A DNA stretch of 64,000 bases from Basidiobolus meristosporus CBS 931.73 (Eukaryota > Fungi > Basidiobolomycota). The notes under the pieces are model-generated. The model saw only the letters and a list, made by a program, of their open reading frames with translations, was not told the DNA's origin and did not search any database. Numbering within the stretch: position 1 is the first letter of the stretch; each line of letters begins with the position of its first letter. The translations under genes were made by a program, and so were the position numbers. Positions 46,001 through 56,944 of this stretch are shown here, one piece after another. The DNA is taken from the NCBI GenBank assembly GCA_002104905.1, contig MCFE01000182.1:1-64000 (forward strand), in the 5' to 3' direction.

Positions 46001-47806
46001 GAAAGATACAAAGCAAGACTTGTAGCCAAAGGATACTCTCAAACAAAAGGACATGACTATACTGAGACCTTTGCACTGGTAGCCAAGTTTAATTCCATCA
46101 GATTAATATTGGCTATTGCAGCCAAATATAAGTTTATTAGTCATCAAATGAATGTAAAAATTGCATTTTTGGATGGAGAACTTGATGAGGATGTGTATAT
46201 GGACCAGCCTGATGGGTTTGTTGACCAAGATAACCCCCATTTGGTCTGCAAGCTTAAAAAGTCACTATATGGTCACAAACAATCACCAAGAGCCTGGAAT
46301 TGTAAGATAGATTCTTATTTGGAATCTTTGAGTTTCAAAAGGAGTAATGCTGACTATAGTATATATTATAAGCCAGATAGAGCAAATTCAGTTCTATTAG
46401 CTCTATATGTGGATGATCTTATTATAGCCGCCAATAACCTAGAAACATTGGAAGAGACTAAATCCAGCCTATCTAAGGAGTTCAAGATGTCCAATCTAGG
46501 AGAACTTAGTTACTACTTAGGGATTAAGTTCTCCATAGACAGAAGTACCCAGACTATTACCCTAAGCCAATCCAAGTATATTCAAGATATACTAAAGAAG
46601 TACAAAATGGAAGACTGTAAACCGGCAGCTACCCCAATGGAGACAAACCTTAACTTGGTCAAAACTCATCCAAATCAAGAAAGCTTGGCACCAACTGAAA
46701 GCCCTGACTTTCCTTATCAATTTATGGTTGGCAGTCTGATGTATATAATGCTTGGAACACGTCCAGGTATCTCATATTCAGTGGGAGTTGTCAGCAAACA
46801 TTATCAGAATTATCAATATGATCATATTGCAGCAGTTAAGCAGATTTTTAGATACCTAAAAGGAACTGCTGATATCTGCTTAAGATACACTTATAAGGAT
46901 TCAGAACAGGATCTTGTAGGATACTCTGATGCTGATTGGGGACAAAATTTGGAAGACAGAAGATCCACCACAGGATACACCTTTCTTTACTGTAAAGGAG
47001 CAATTTCATGGAATTCAAGAAAGCAACCAACCGTAGCACTTTCTACTACAGAGGCAGAGTATATGGCAGCCTATGAAGCTACAAAAGAAGCAATATGGTT
47101 AAGAAAACTCTTTACAGATTTAGGCCTATGTCAAAAAACGCCTATTACTTTATTTCAAGATAATCAAGGGTGTGTACAATTAGGTAGAAATCCAACTTCT
47201 CATGCTAGAACCAAGCACATAGATATTAGATATCATTTCATACGTGAAGCTATAGAGAATAACTTAGTTAGCTTAGTTTACTGTCCTACAGATGAAATGA
47301 TTGCAGACATATTTACCACACCATTAGCTAGTGACAAGTTTGAATATCTTAGGTCAAAATTAGGACTAGTCAGTATGAACATTTAGCTGAGTAGGAGTGT
47401 TGTAAAAATTCATACTTCCACCTAAATATTCACCTAGCTTAGTCACTTAGATCATCACCTTCAAATCCTAGAGAATACTGATCAAATTCCTTGTCAGGAT
47501 TTACTTAGAATATTTTCACCAAAATACCAGGTACCCAGAACATGAAAAATCTCAAAGTTGTCCAAACAGCCCCAAACTTTGCACACATGTTCTTGAAACC
47601 TTCCTTAACCTATTCTACATGTTTGTAATGCCAAGACCAGGTAAATGTATAAATACTACTTTTACATTCAATAAATCATGAAGTGAAAAACACATAATCT
47701 ACTTGTTCTCCCAATCACTTCCAATATCTCCAAAACTCTTACAACACATACAAAACAATTGAGAAGTGATGGATGTATCTCTCCCTTGGACCTCTACACC
47801 ACCACA
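43051..47806 (-). mobile_element. Gypsy-type solo LTR (about 1.07 kb), split by the Copia at 44065-47746
   Basis: On minus it starts TGTGGTGGTGTAGAGGT like the 47839 LTR and shares blocks (GGGTGCAATAACCTCTG; AAGTGATTACTAAT; AATCAGGAATCAGTA-like), ending ..CA at 43051. Flanks GCTC/GCGC. Confidence 0.8.
44065..47746 (+). mobile_element. Ty1/Copia element, family A, two LTRs, gag deleted, pol disrupted
   Basis: LTRs 44065-44414 and 47398-47746 (about 24 differences by hand count), perfect TSD CATAC, PBS remnant GGTTAT fused to the protease C-terminus, GAG-pre-integrase, integrase (SDNGGEY, PQQNGVAE), RT (YVDD), RNase H (YSDADW), PPT GAGTAGGAG. Confidence 0.95.
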
Positions 47807-48720
47807 GCGCCAAGTTGTAATGCTTGCATCATGTGCGCTGTGGTGGTGTAGAGGTACTCCTGGGAGAAGCTACACAACTCAAGGTGTGTGAGGTGTCTGA
47901 TGGGTGCAATAACCTCTGTGTCTAAACTGCTGGTGTCTTTGTCAATATGTTACTATGGTAAAAGCTCCTGCTTCTCTAGCTTCCTAGGTGCTCCAAGTGT
48001 CTCCAAAGGCCTCTGTGTGTCTTGTGCACTACCCTGAAAAGCTCCTTGATGGCAGGTCTGAGATGTACTGTTGAAGGCAGGTGCAGTGATCAACTGCTAA
48101 TCAATAAGGTAGAAGTGTTACTGATAGAAGGGATGATTTATTGATGAGGGATTGCTTTCCCTTAAATACTTTTCCTGATTGCCAAGTGATTACTAATGAC
48201 AAGGTTCTAGAAGATTCTAGGTATCAGTGGAATTTTTGATGACATCACTACAAGCTAAAAATATGCCAAGAATGTCCTGGAAGGTTCTAAAAGGCACAGC
48301 ACTCTCAACCAATCAGGAATCAGTAGTCTGAAACCTGTGCAACATAGAAATACCATATATGGTATTGAAATGATAGAGATTGTAACACAGACCTAGGTCA
48401 TGTGTCACAGGTACTGACGCGGGTACTTGCCTTATATAGATACATCTACTGATCACAAAGCTGAATAACATCTGGGATAACTAATGCTAATAACTAATCA
48501 GGGTAAACATCATATGGGGATAATACTGATAATATGGGCAAAAGAAGAATGGGATAATACTGATAAGATAAAATATGGATAAGTATATCATAATGACTAT
48601 ATGAATAAACTTGTCTGTGGGAGGTATGTTTACCCTACCACATCCACCCCCCACTTGAGCTAAAAAGTTTCAGGGAACTTTTTAGCTAACCACTGTAAGT
48701 TTGGAGAACAAAGTGCTCTC

Positions 48721-50577
48721 TCAGTCTTCCTCAATGAAGCCACCTGTCCTTTCTTGAGATAGAAATCTACATGATGTCATTGATCGGATATTGTTTGAGT
48801 CCACACCACAGAAGGTTGCTGTTAGTCCTGGGCTCTCTGAGTATATAGTATACCATGCTGAACCATCTGGGTAGTTCACTGCAGTTGCTCTTGCTTTTAC
48901 TTCCCATGGTCTTCCAAGAAGTAATTCAAAGTTAGCCTTTGCACAAATGAATACTGGGATCTCATGGGGTATTCCTTCAATGATGAGAGGGAAGCTGTGA
49001 ATAATTCCTAAAAGCTTTGATTGCCCTGAGTTGGCATCCTTCATGCTCCAATTGATATTGGTGTCTATGGGCAATAGGTCTTTGCATGGTAGTTGTTTCC
49101 AAGCCTCCAAAGGCATCACACATATCTCAGATCCACTGTCTATATGACATAGGATTTCTTGATTATGCACAGTTCCTGTAGTTGTTGCAGTTGCCACTGA
49201 GTAGTAGTGTTTCTGGCTTTGATGCAGCTTACTGATATCTTGGCTTCCTTGAACTGTCCTGACCTGGTTGCCTTGAGTTGCTTCAATTGGATGCTTTCTT
49301 ATTCTGATATGCTCATCCAGAGTCTTTCTTACAGATGGTGATACACTGAGTAGCTCTCCAACCTTGATTGATATGTTGCTTCCTAGTATATGACTTGTCA
49401 GAGCCTCTGGGGTACCATTTTGCTTGACTCTAGGCTGCATGTGGTAGTTGTTGGCCTTGGCAGACTCTTGTAAAATTAATGGGGGTGATGCTTTCTTCTC
49501 AATCACAACTTCTGGCTCACATCTTGGTACTTTTGCTGCTGGGCCTGGATTAGCCATTTTTTCAGGATGGTGTCTCTTTGAAGCATAAATTGAAGCTATA
49601 TGATCTTGGGCCTCTCTGGGGTCCTCATAGTCAAAGTTCAGAACTTCAGCTGGATCAAAGTAGTCATGATCTTCTTCTTCATGGAGTTGAACCTTTCTTG
49701 TATGAGAGGTGACTTGCTTGTAGTGAACTCTCATTCCTCCTTGTCCAAATGCTGTGGATAATTTGTCACCATGCTTACTGACTATGTATCCCTGAGGACT
49801 ATATAGGACATCACCTGTGGATAGTAATGACTGAAGCTCTTGGCAATTTCTCTTGGAATGGTTGGCAGAGTCACACCACATGCATGTATATTTGACTTCT
49901 TTCTCTACTGGCTTCTGCCCATATGCTTTGCCGGTGAGTAGCAAAGAGAGTTTCTCTAGTTGCTGTGTCAGCTCCTGAATTTGAGTGCTTTGATTACTGG
50001 GATGAAGTAAGTCTTGGCTATCTTGGTTTTGTGCTGAGCTTGAAAGAAGCTTTCTGATTGGTGAGGTTTCTTCAGGGGCAAGTAGAATCTGCTTAGCTAA
50101 CTGAAATGCAGGCAGTGAACTCATAGCTTTCACAGTAGGATTGTTTTCAATCCTTCTCACCAGGTCTTCTGGTAGTGCTCTGAGAAAATAGGCAGATAAA
50201 GTGAGATCAGTTATAACTCCTTGGGCTTTCAGTGACTCTCCAATTTGCTCAAGGCCACTCAAGTATTCTTTCAATGGTAGCAGCTTAAACTTGCTATAAG
50301 CAAAGTTCTCCAAGTCTTGAAGTGTGTAGTCAACTTGTCTCTCTCCATATTCATCAATCAAGTAGCTCTTCAAGAGGGTCCAATTTGTCAGCAGATCATT
50401 TCTTTCATATAATGAGAGCATGATCTCATCAGTGCTGTAGGGGGGCATCTCTTCAGCCATAATGGCCTCAGGTATTTTGTGGGCTCTGCAGAAAAGCTCC
50501 CACCTCTTGATGAAAGCTTTAACTTTGGTTCCATCAAAGAAAGGAGTTCCTTGCATTCCTGGTAAAGGTAGATCCAT
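48721..50577 (-). CDS. Retrotransposon Gag with zinc knuckle, DUF4100-like region and aspartic protease (intact, 618 aa)
   Basis: PFFDGTKVKAFIKRWE capsid-like start, CMWCDSANHSKRNC (CX2CX4HX4C), IKVGELLSVSPSVRKTL, HIDSGSEICV, ELLLGRPW. No RT, RNase H or integrase follows. Confidence 0.9.
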   Translation of the reverse strand: MDLPLPGMQGTPFFDGTKVKAFIKRWELFCRAHKIPEAIMAEEMPPYSTDEIMLSLYERNDLLTNWTLLKSYLIDEYGERQVDYTLQDLENFAYSKFKLLPLKEYLSGLEQIGESLKAQGVITDLTLSAYFLRALPEDLVRRIENNPTVKAMSSLPAFQLAKQILLAPEETSPIRKLLSSSAQNQDSQDLLHPSNQSTQIQELTQQLEKLSLLLTGKAYGQKPVEKEVKYTCMWCDSANHSKRNCQELQSLLSTGDVLYSPQGYIVSKHGDKLSTAFGQGGMRVHYKQVTSHTRKVQLHEEEDHDYFDPAEVLNFDYEDPREAQDHIASIYASKRHHPEKMANPGPAAKVPRCEPEVVIEKKASPPLILQESAKANNYHMQPRVKQNGTPEALTSHILGSNISIKVGELLSVSPSVRKTLDEHIRIRKHPIEATQGNQVRTVQGSQDISKLHQSQKHYYSVATATTTGTVHNQEILCHIDSGSEICVMPLEAWKQLPCKDLLPIDTNINWSMKDANSGQSKLLGIIHSFPLIIEGIPHEIPVFICAKANFELLLGRPWEVKARATAVNYPDGSAWYTIYSESPGLTATFCGVDSNNIRSMTSCRFLSQERTGGFIEED

Positions 50578-50629
50578 GGTCTTGATAATTCGTTCTTTCT
50601 TAAGTCTTCTAGGGGCAGTTCAGTCAAAC

Positions 50630-50647
50630 CCCCCACATTGGGTGCCA
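50630..50647 (-). promoter_or_regulatory. Primer-binding site, tRNA-Lys(CUU)-like
   Basis: TGGCACCCAATGTGGGGG, 4 nt from the 5' LTR, versus the Lys1,2 PBS TGGCGCCCAACGTGGGGC. Two of the three mismatches are CpG decays. Confidence 0.75.
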
Positions 50648-51992
50648 AATATGTGGTGGTGTAGAGGTACTCCTGGGAGAAGCTACACAACTCAAGGTGT
50701 GTGAGGTGTCTGATGGGTGCAATAACCTCTGTGTCTAAACTGCTGGTGTCTTTGTCAATATGTTACTATGGTAAAAGCTCCTGCTTCTCTAGCTTCCTAG
50801 GTGCTCCAAGTGTCTCCAAAGGCCTCTGTGTGTCTTGTGCACTACCCTGAAAAGCTCCTTGATGGCAGGTCTGAGATGTACTGTTGAAGGCAGGTGCAGT
50901 GATCAACTGCTAATCAATAAGGTAGAAGTGTTACTGATAGAAGGGATGATTTATTGATGAGGGATTGCTTTCCCTTAAATACTTTTCCTGATTGCCAAGT
51001 GATTACTAATGACAAGGTTCTAGAAGATTCTAGGTATCAGTGGAATTCTTGATGACATCACTACAAGCTAAAAATATGCCAAGAATGTCCTGGAAGGTTC
51101 TAAAAGGCACAGCACTCTCAACCAATCAGGAATCAGTAGTCTGAAACCTGTGCAACATAGAAATACCATACATGGTATTGAAATGATAGAGATTGTAACA
51201 CAGACCTAGGTCATGTGTCACGAGTACTGACGCGGGTACTTGCCTTATATAGATACATCTACTGATCACAAAGCTGAATAACATCTGGGATAACTAATGC
51301 TAATAACTAATCAGGGTAAACATCATATGGGGATAATACTGATAATATGGGCAAAAGAAGAATGGGATAATACTGATAAGATAAAATATGGATAAGTATA
51401 TCATAATGACTATATGAATAAACTTGTCTGTGGGAGGTATGTTTACCCTACCACAGCGCAATTGGATACCTCTATTATGGTAGGTAAAATCTGGTATTTG
51501 GATATGTTTCTTTAATGTAAATGGAAATAAGTGCATATCACACTATGAATTACACTGATACCTACCATTTTGGCTACAATCACTCCAACTGGATAGTATT
51601 GCAGTGGTTAATTGGTCCAGAAGTATCCCAAAGTTGACAGCCACCAATTGGCTCCTTGACCAATACACAGCTACCTGATTTGCCATCAAATATCCCATCT
51701 TGCCCATTAAGCAAGTAAATCCCTAATCCTAGTGATTGGACAAGGTGCCATAGCTAGCACGCAACCAATTGTATAGGTGCTAATCAGATCAAATGGCTGC
51801 ACTGGTGCCACAGATGATGTATACATATGCAGGGTGTTTATTTATAGGGGTCCTCTCTCAAATGTGAGACAACCTTGATACTGCTTATATTAAAAATTTA
51901 GTGATCACCAATTTGCAATGGCTGTATGCAGATTGCAAAAAAACATGCGTTGTCTGGAACATGACAAATAATAGTAATTCAATGCAATCTCA

Positions 51993-53147
51993 TCATCTTC
52001 TCCTAGGTGTTTTTCTCACATGGATTATTACTGAAGCATTTGGTAGTGATTTTCTTTGCACAACCAAACTACTTTCTTGTTGACTATCCTCTTGGCTGCT
52101 TGTGAATTTGTAGTCAGTATTTTGCCTCCTAGTTGATGAGTGCAATGCTGCAGGTTGGCTGTGCTGAGTTGCTCCATATGGCGCAACTGAGCCAGCCTGC
52201 AGTGCTACGTGCTGACGCGTTCTTTTACTTGCCAAAGGCTCTGGTGGTGGAGGCACTTCATGTGGGTCATCATCTGTCAGTTCACCAGAAGAAACTTGCT
52301 GATGGTCAGGTATAATGGCACATGCAGATGTGACTTGATGCACTTGCATGGCCCTTGGCTGAGTTTGATATGATAATGCTTGTTGATGCAACTTGGCCTG
52401 CTCCAATTGACTTGTGACTAAATGAGCAGTTTGGCAAGTTCCAGTGGTTTTGCTCTAGAGCATGCACATTGATCCAGCATGCATTGCCTCAATGCAGGGT
52501 ACTCTTGTGAAGGGTGTTGGTGTAGTTTAGACTGATGTGCACCAGCATGCTGAAGTTGTAAGGGATGGTAAGGAATACAGCAAGGTGTGCTGGCACAATA
52601 TAGATGTTGTTGCTTGCGGTCTGTATTCTTCCTCTTGAAGCTCACCTTCTGATTCCTCAAAGTATTCACTTACCCTCTGTCCAATACTTTGGAACAGCTG
52701 CCTGGATGAGTCCTGTGTATGTTGCTCTTGGAAGCCACTTAGCTCTACTGATATATCACATAATACATGAGTCATTTGAGACAAAAACTCATTCAAAATC
52801 TCTTTGGTTCCCAAAGTCAAGGCACAAACAGATGCGTCTGGCCCATACTGAGCAAACTGCATGCAAAATTGCTCCCCTGCGGCTTCCTCATCAAATCCCC
52901 TCACTCTCTGCTCATTCTTGATTTCAATACTTGTCTTGTTACATATCTTCTTACATACATCTGCTGGCATCTTGATGTAGAAATCATGTCACAGCTTTCT
53001 ACTCAGGTTCTTCCATCTCCGTCAACTCTCTGAGGTATTGAGATCTGCTAGATTAATGAGTAGTGCCCATATATCTGTATGAAGGCTCCTCATAGACACT
53101 TGGGCCATACTGAAATCATTTGGCAAGAACTCAAACAAATTCAACAT
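51993..53147 (-). pseudogene. ORF2 of Pangu-like transposon copy B
   Basis: Homologous to 38204-39358 (FEFLPNDFSMAQVSM, ELTDDDP.EVPPPPEPLASKR); disrupted. Confidence 0.7.
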
Positions 53148-53597
53148 TGACTTTTCTGGTTTGGACCATGCTTGTGAGCTGGGGGATGGGTTTTGTCTGG
53201 GTTGAACTAAAGGTGACTTAAGACTTGGTATAGGGACCATAGTGATGGATTTGGATACTAATAGAGTGGTGTATTGGCATCAACATGATCTTATATGAAA
53301 TATATATGAAAATCAATGTGATTGCTGAGTTTTCCATATATTATGCATGATGCATTTTAGATTGCATTGACATGGATCAGATCACAGCAATTGCAGATTT
53401 CCTATTTGATTATAGACTTGTGAGTAAAACATCAATAAAAATACCAAGCCATTGTTTGGGGATAATTTTGCAACATAATGATGGGATACATGGCAATTGA
53501 TGGAGATTTAATCACAATGCATAGAAAATCAGAAAAATAAAGCTGATCACGTCAAGTTGATTCATATCACCTCAATCTGATCATCTACCAATTTAAT

Positions 53598-54481
53598 ATG
53601 ACTTGCTCATCTGAATGGTCTTTTCTCATCAATTCCATCACTGCCACTGGATTTTTTTTGACACACTATAGGAAATCTGTACCAAGTACTGTGGACCATG
53701 TACCCCAATCTACTCAAGGAGATCCCTTCTTAAGCTTCTCTGCTGTAACAATAACTATTGCCCCACAAGGTTTCATCCCTCCATCAATGGCAACAAAAGT
53801 CCTAAAAGCTTTCATTCCCAGCTGACAGCAATGGAGAACTACCTTGCAGAGGGTATGAATCACTTAGAGTAAGCTTGGAGTACTTGGTTCAGAAGCTCCA
53901 ATAGACTTCCATATTCCAGAGTGTTCAGCAACAGGTTCCATATAAGGAGTATTTTGGATACCTTCCCAATTAGGATTAACAGACCTTTTAGAGGGCAGCA
54001 GCACTTTTATTCTGGCAAGTACAAGGCATGCTGTGTGAAGTTTCAGGCACTGTCTGACATTTAGGGTAACATCATCTGGATAAGTGTGCCATTTGTTGGA
54101 AGTAGGCATGACAAAGCACTTTGGGTAGAGAATCATCCAGAATTCAGTAGAGGGGAGAAATGTATGGCAGACCTAGCCTATATAGGAGAGGATTGTCAGA
54201 GATTCAAATGTATTTCAGCTTATAGGCAGCCAAGGAATGGTGTGCTTAGCAGGAAGAAGACGCTCTACAATCAGATTCTTAAGCATTTCAGAGTGAGGGT
54301 AGAGCATACATTTGGATATCTAAAGAGATTCAGCATATTGGCAGGTAAATACAGAGGAAAGTCATATATAGGAGAAAACAGCAGAATAGTTAAAAAAACT
54401 AAGATACTTATCAATGCACAGTATATTCATATGGCTAGATATCCACTGAGAGAAATGTGCCTGGAGCATTATGAAGAGTAA
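53598..54481 (+). pseudogene. DDE_Tnp_4 transposase, copy B, frameshifted
   Basis: GSRHDKALW, MADLAYIG, YNQILKHFRVRVEHTFGYLKRFSIL. Confidence 0.85.
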
Positions 54482-54664
54482 ATAAAGCAAGAAAAGCACT
54501 ACCCTGAGCAACATAAGTAAGATTGAGTAGAATTAGCAGTAATTATATCCTACCATTGGCATTATGGCAGAAAATATAGTGCCAGAAGGTGCCATAGAGT
54601 GACAGATCAATCTGGCACTATAAACAGGTTGGCACTATGTGGTACTATCCAATGGAACAAGTCT

Positions 54665-55400
54665 ACTTAATATAAAGGATATCTGCTGGAGTAAAAGCAT
54701 TCCACTGGGAGCAATGCATTTGCTTTTCAGCAGTATCGCTATACTGATGACCAAGTTGTACATTGCGCATTTCAAGCTAAATGAGCCCTTCAAGATACTG
54801 GAGAAATTTGAAAGAATTGGCAAGATATTAAAGAGTATCCACAACCCTTGGTACTTCTCACAGGCTCCAATTAATATTCATACTCATATGTGACAATACA
54901 AATGCAAAGACTGGATGAACTGGATATGTATTTATTTAAGCGGAGTTCTGAAGCCATTCCTACCAAGAGTACATTGGAAGCATTGGGAGTCATTTGTGGA
55001 CATTGTAGAAATATTTATCCAGAAGTGGATCCCCAATACCAACTTGAGGCATCTACAGCTGTTGTGTGAGGAGTTTTTGATGGGATTTGAGCTGCTATAC
55101 TACAAATATAAAGCTGAATGTGTAGATCTCTACTGCTACTGTATCAATTCTCTACTCCATCTTGCATGGTGTGTGGAGAATATTGGGCCTTGCTTCACCT
55201 TTTGGGAGTTTCCTGTGAAGTGGATGCATGTGGAAATAGGAAGATGAGTCAAGTTGCAGGTACTACCATTTCCCAATCTAATCAAGAACATTACCTTCAA
55301 GTCCCTCATGGATGTGATGAGCTGGTACATGGAGGACAGCCAGGAAGGGTTGAAAAATAATGAAAACAAATGTGCTCATGGAGACACCTATGCCTCTTCA
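54665..55400 (+). pseudogene. CACTA/EnSpm-type transposase, 3' part (continuation of 41676-42868)
   Basis: Reads in frame across the copy B site (YGVNWKLET|LNIKDICWSKSIPLGAMHL), then KCKDWMNW, FELLYY, INSLLHL...GPCFTFWEFP. Confidence 0.8.
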
Positions 55401-55429
55401 GACACCTCACACTTATACACCCTTATATT

Positions 55430-56800
55430 CATAGATGCTCTGCACTTGGTCTATATCCGTTCCATGCTTCAAATAGGGTAGAATCAAAAAGTGTTCTGTG
55501 AAAACTCCTGTTTTCATGGTATACAGCTATGGCAACTGATTCTGTCCAAAAATCATAGGATAATTTTTGATCATGGATCATAGATCTTGCAATATCAATT
55601 ATCAATCTGTTTACATGCTCTGCTACTCCATTTTGCCATGAAGAGTACAGTACAGTAGTCTCTTGTATTATGCCATGAATTTTACAGAAGTGGATGAAGA
55701 GTTTTGAGGTATAATTCTCCACCATTGTCAGAGTGTATTTTCTTGATTTTTTCATTAGTTGCTCTCTCCACCATGGCTTTAAACTCCCTGAACTTAGATG
55801 GAGCTACTTCCTTTCTCTCAATGAAGTAGACTAGTGTGTATCTTGTATAATAATCAATGAAAGTTGCTAAATACTTCATCTCACCTAAGAATATATTTTA
55901 CACAGGTCCACAAATATCTAAGTGAGTTAGATCTAATTTTCTCTTAGTTTTAATTACTCAAAGCTCTTGAGCACTTTTTTGGCCTGTTTCCCATATATGC
56001 AGGGTCCACAGTGCTCCAAATTAACTGGGGGATCAATTTTTACTCCAGAAACTGGCTGATCCTTGATCATTTTTCACAAATAATCAAAATAAATGTGCCA
56101 AAATCTCCTGTGCCAAACCATTGGTGTTTCTTCATTTAAGTTACTTGTATTGGCTTCCAGATATGATGGAATATAAGTCAACTTATAAAGATGCAAGCTC
56201 TGATCCCCAGAGCAATATAGACACCATCCTGCATCCAGAACTGTTGAAGCTGAAACTGGATCCTTCTGCTGTGGCATTGCTGCAGATAGTAGGTTCTTGG
56301 CTATTTCTGGTACATAAAGTGCTTCTATGAAGGTAAGTGTATGGTATCCTTCATTGCTGCTGGGTTTACTTGGAGAGCTCCTTCTCCCACAGCATTAAGT
56401 ATGTTTTCTGTTGTAAGAGACTTGGAGATATTGGAAGTGAAAAGGAGAGCAAGTAGAACATTTGGCTTTCACTTAATAATATATTGAATAAAGAGGTAGT
56501 ATTTATACTTTTACATGGTCTTGGCAGAACAAACACATAGAATAGGCTTAGGAAGGTCCCATGAACATGTGTGCAAAGCATAGGGCTGTTTGTGTCCCTT
56601 TGAGAATCTTCATGTTCTGAGTACCTGATATTTTGGTGAAAGTATTCTAAGTAAATCCCAACAAGGATTTTGGTCAGTATTCTCTGAGATTTGAAGGTAA
56701 TGATGTAAGTGACCAAGTCAGGTGAGTATTCAGGTGGAATTACAAATTTTTATAACACTTTCATCATCAATGAAGACACTCCTAATATACAGCACTTGAA
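55430..56800 (-). mobile_element. Copia family A internal fragment (protease to integrase), interrupted by a solo LTR
   Basis: Homologous to 44430-45370. The protease reads VFIDDE[S/N]ILNAVGEG after the 56409-56757 LTR is removed. Confidence 0.8.
56409..56757 (-). mobile_element. Solo LTR of Copia family A
   Basis: TGTTGTAAGAG...TTATAACA with flanks TTTTC/CTTTC (one mismatch); collapsing the TSD restores the host protease frame. Confidence 0.88.
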
Positions 56801-56944
56801 AAAGCCTGAGCAACAATGAACAGGACTATTTGTGTATATAAGATGCTGCTAGAACCTCAATATAGATCAGTTCAAATCTTAGCAAGCACAATACCAGCCC
56901 AACTTGTTATTTCTCTACAACTCTTGTATCAAGACTTGTAACAA

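Larger units (their letters stand above)
47839..51455 (-). mobile_element. Non-autonomous Gypsy-type LTR retroelement encoding only Gag-protease
   Basis: Two 804-bp LTRs (47839-48642, 50652-51455) with 4 transitions by eye, TSD GCGC, PBS at 50630-50647, PPT GTGGGGGGTGGA next to the 3' LTR, single intact ORF. Confidence 0.93.
42869..54664. mobile_element. PHIS (Pangu-like) DNA transposon, copy B, inverted relative to A, carrying nested retroelements
   Basis: TIRs AGACTTGATCCATTG (42869) and CAATGGAACAAGTCT (54664), flanks ACT/ACT. Segments 42869-43050, 47807-47838 and 51456-54664 join into the reverse complement of copy A without the MITE. Confidence 0.88.

Noticed and set aside
35963-54664. 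One giant inverted repeat or segmental inversion
   Set aside because: Each arm has its own TIRs and TSD, so these are two independent transposon insertions.
35962-54665. Tc1/mariner-type TA TSD for the AGACTTG elements
   Set aside because: The TA reading leaves 3 unexplained bases at the MITE empty site and the transposase is DDE_Tnp_4 type; a 3-bp ANT duplication fits all three sites.
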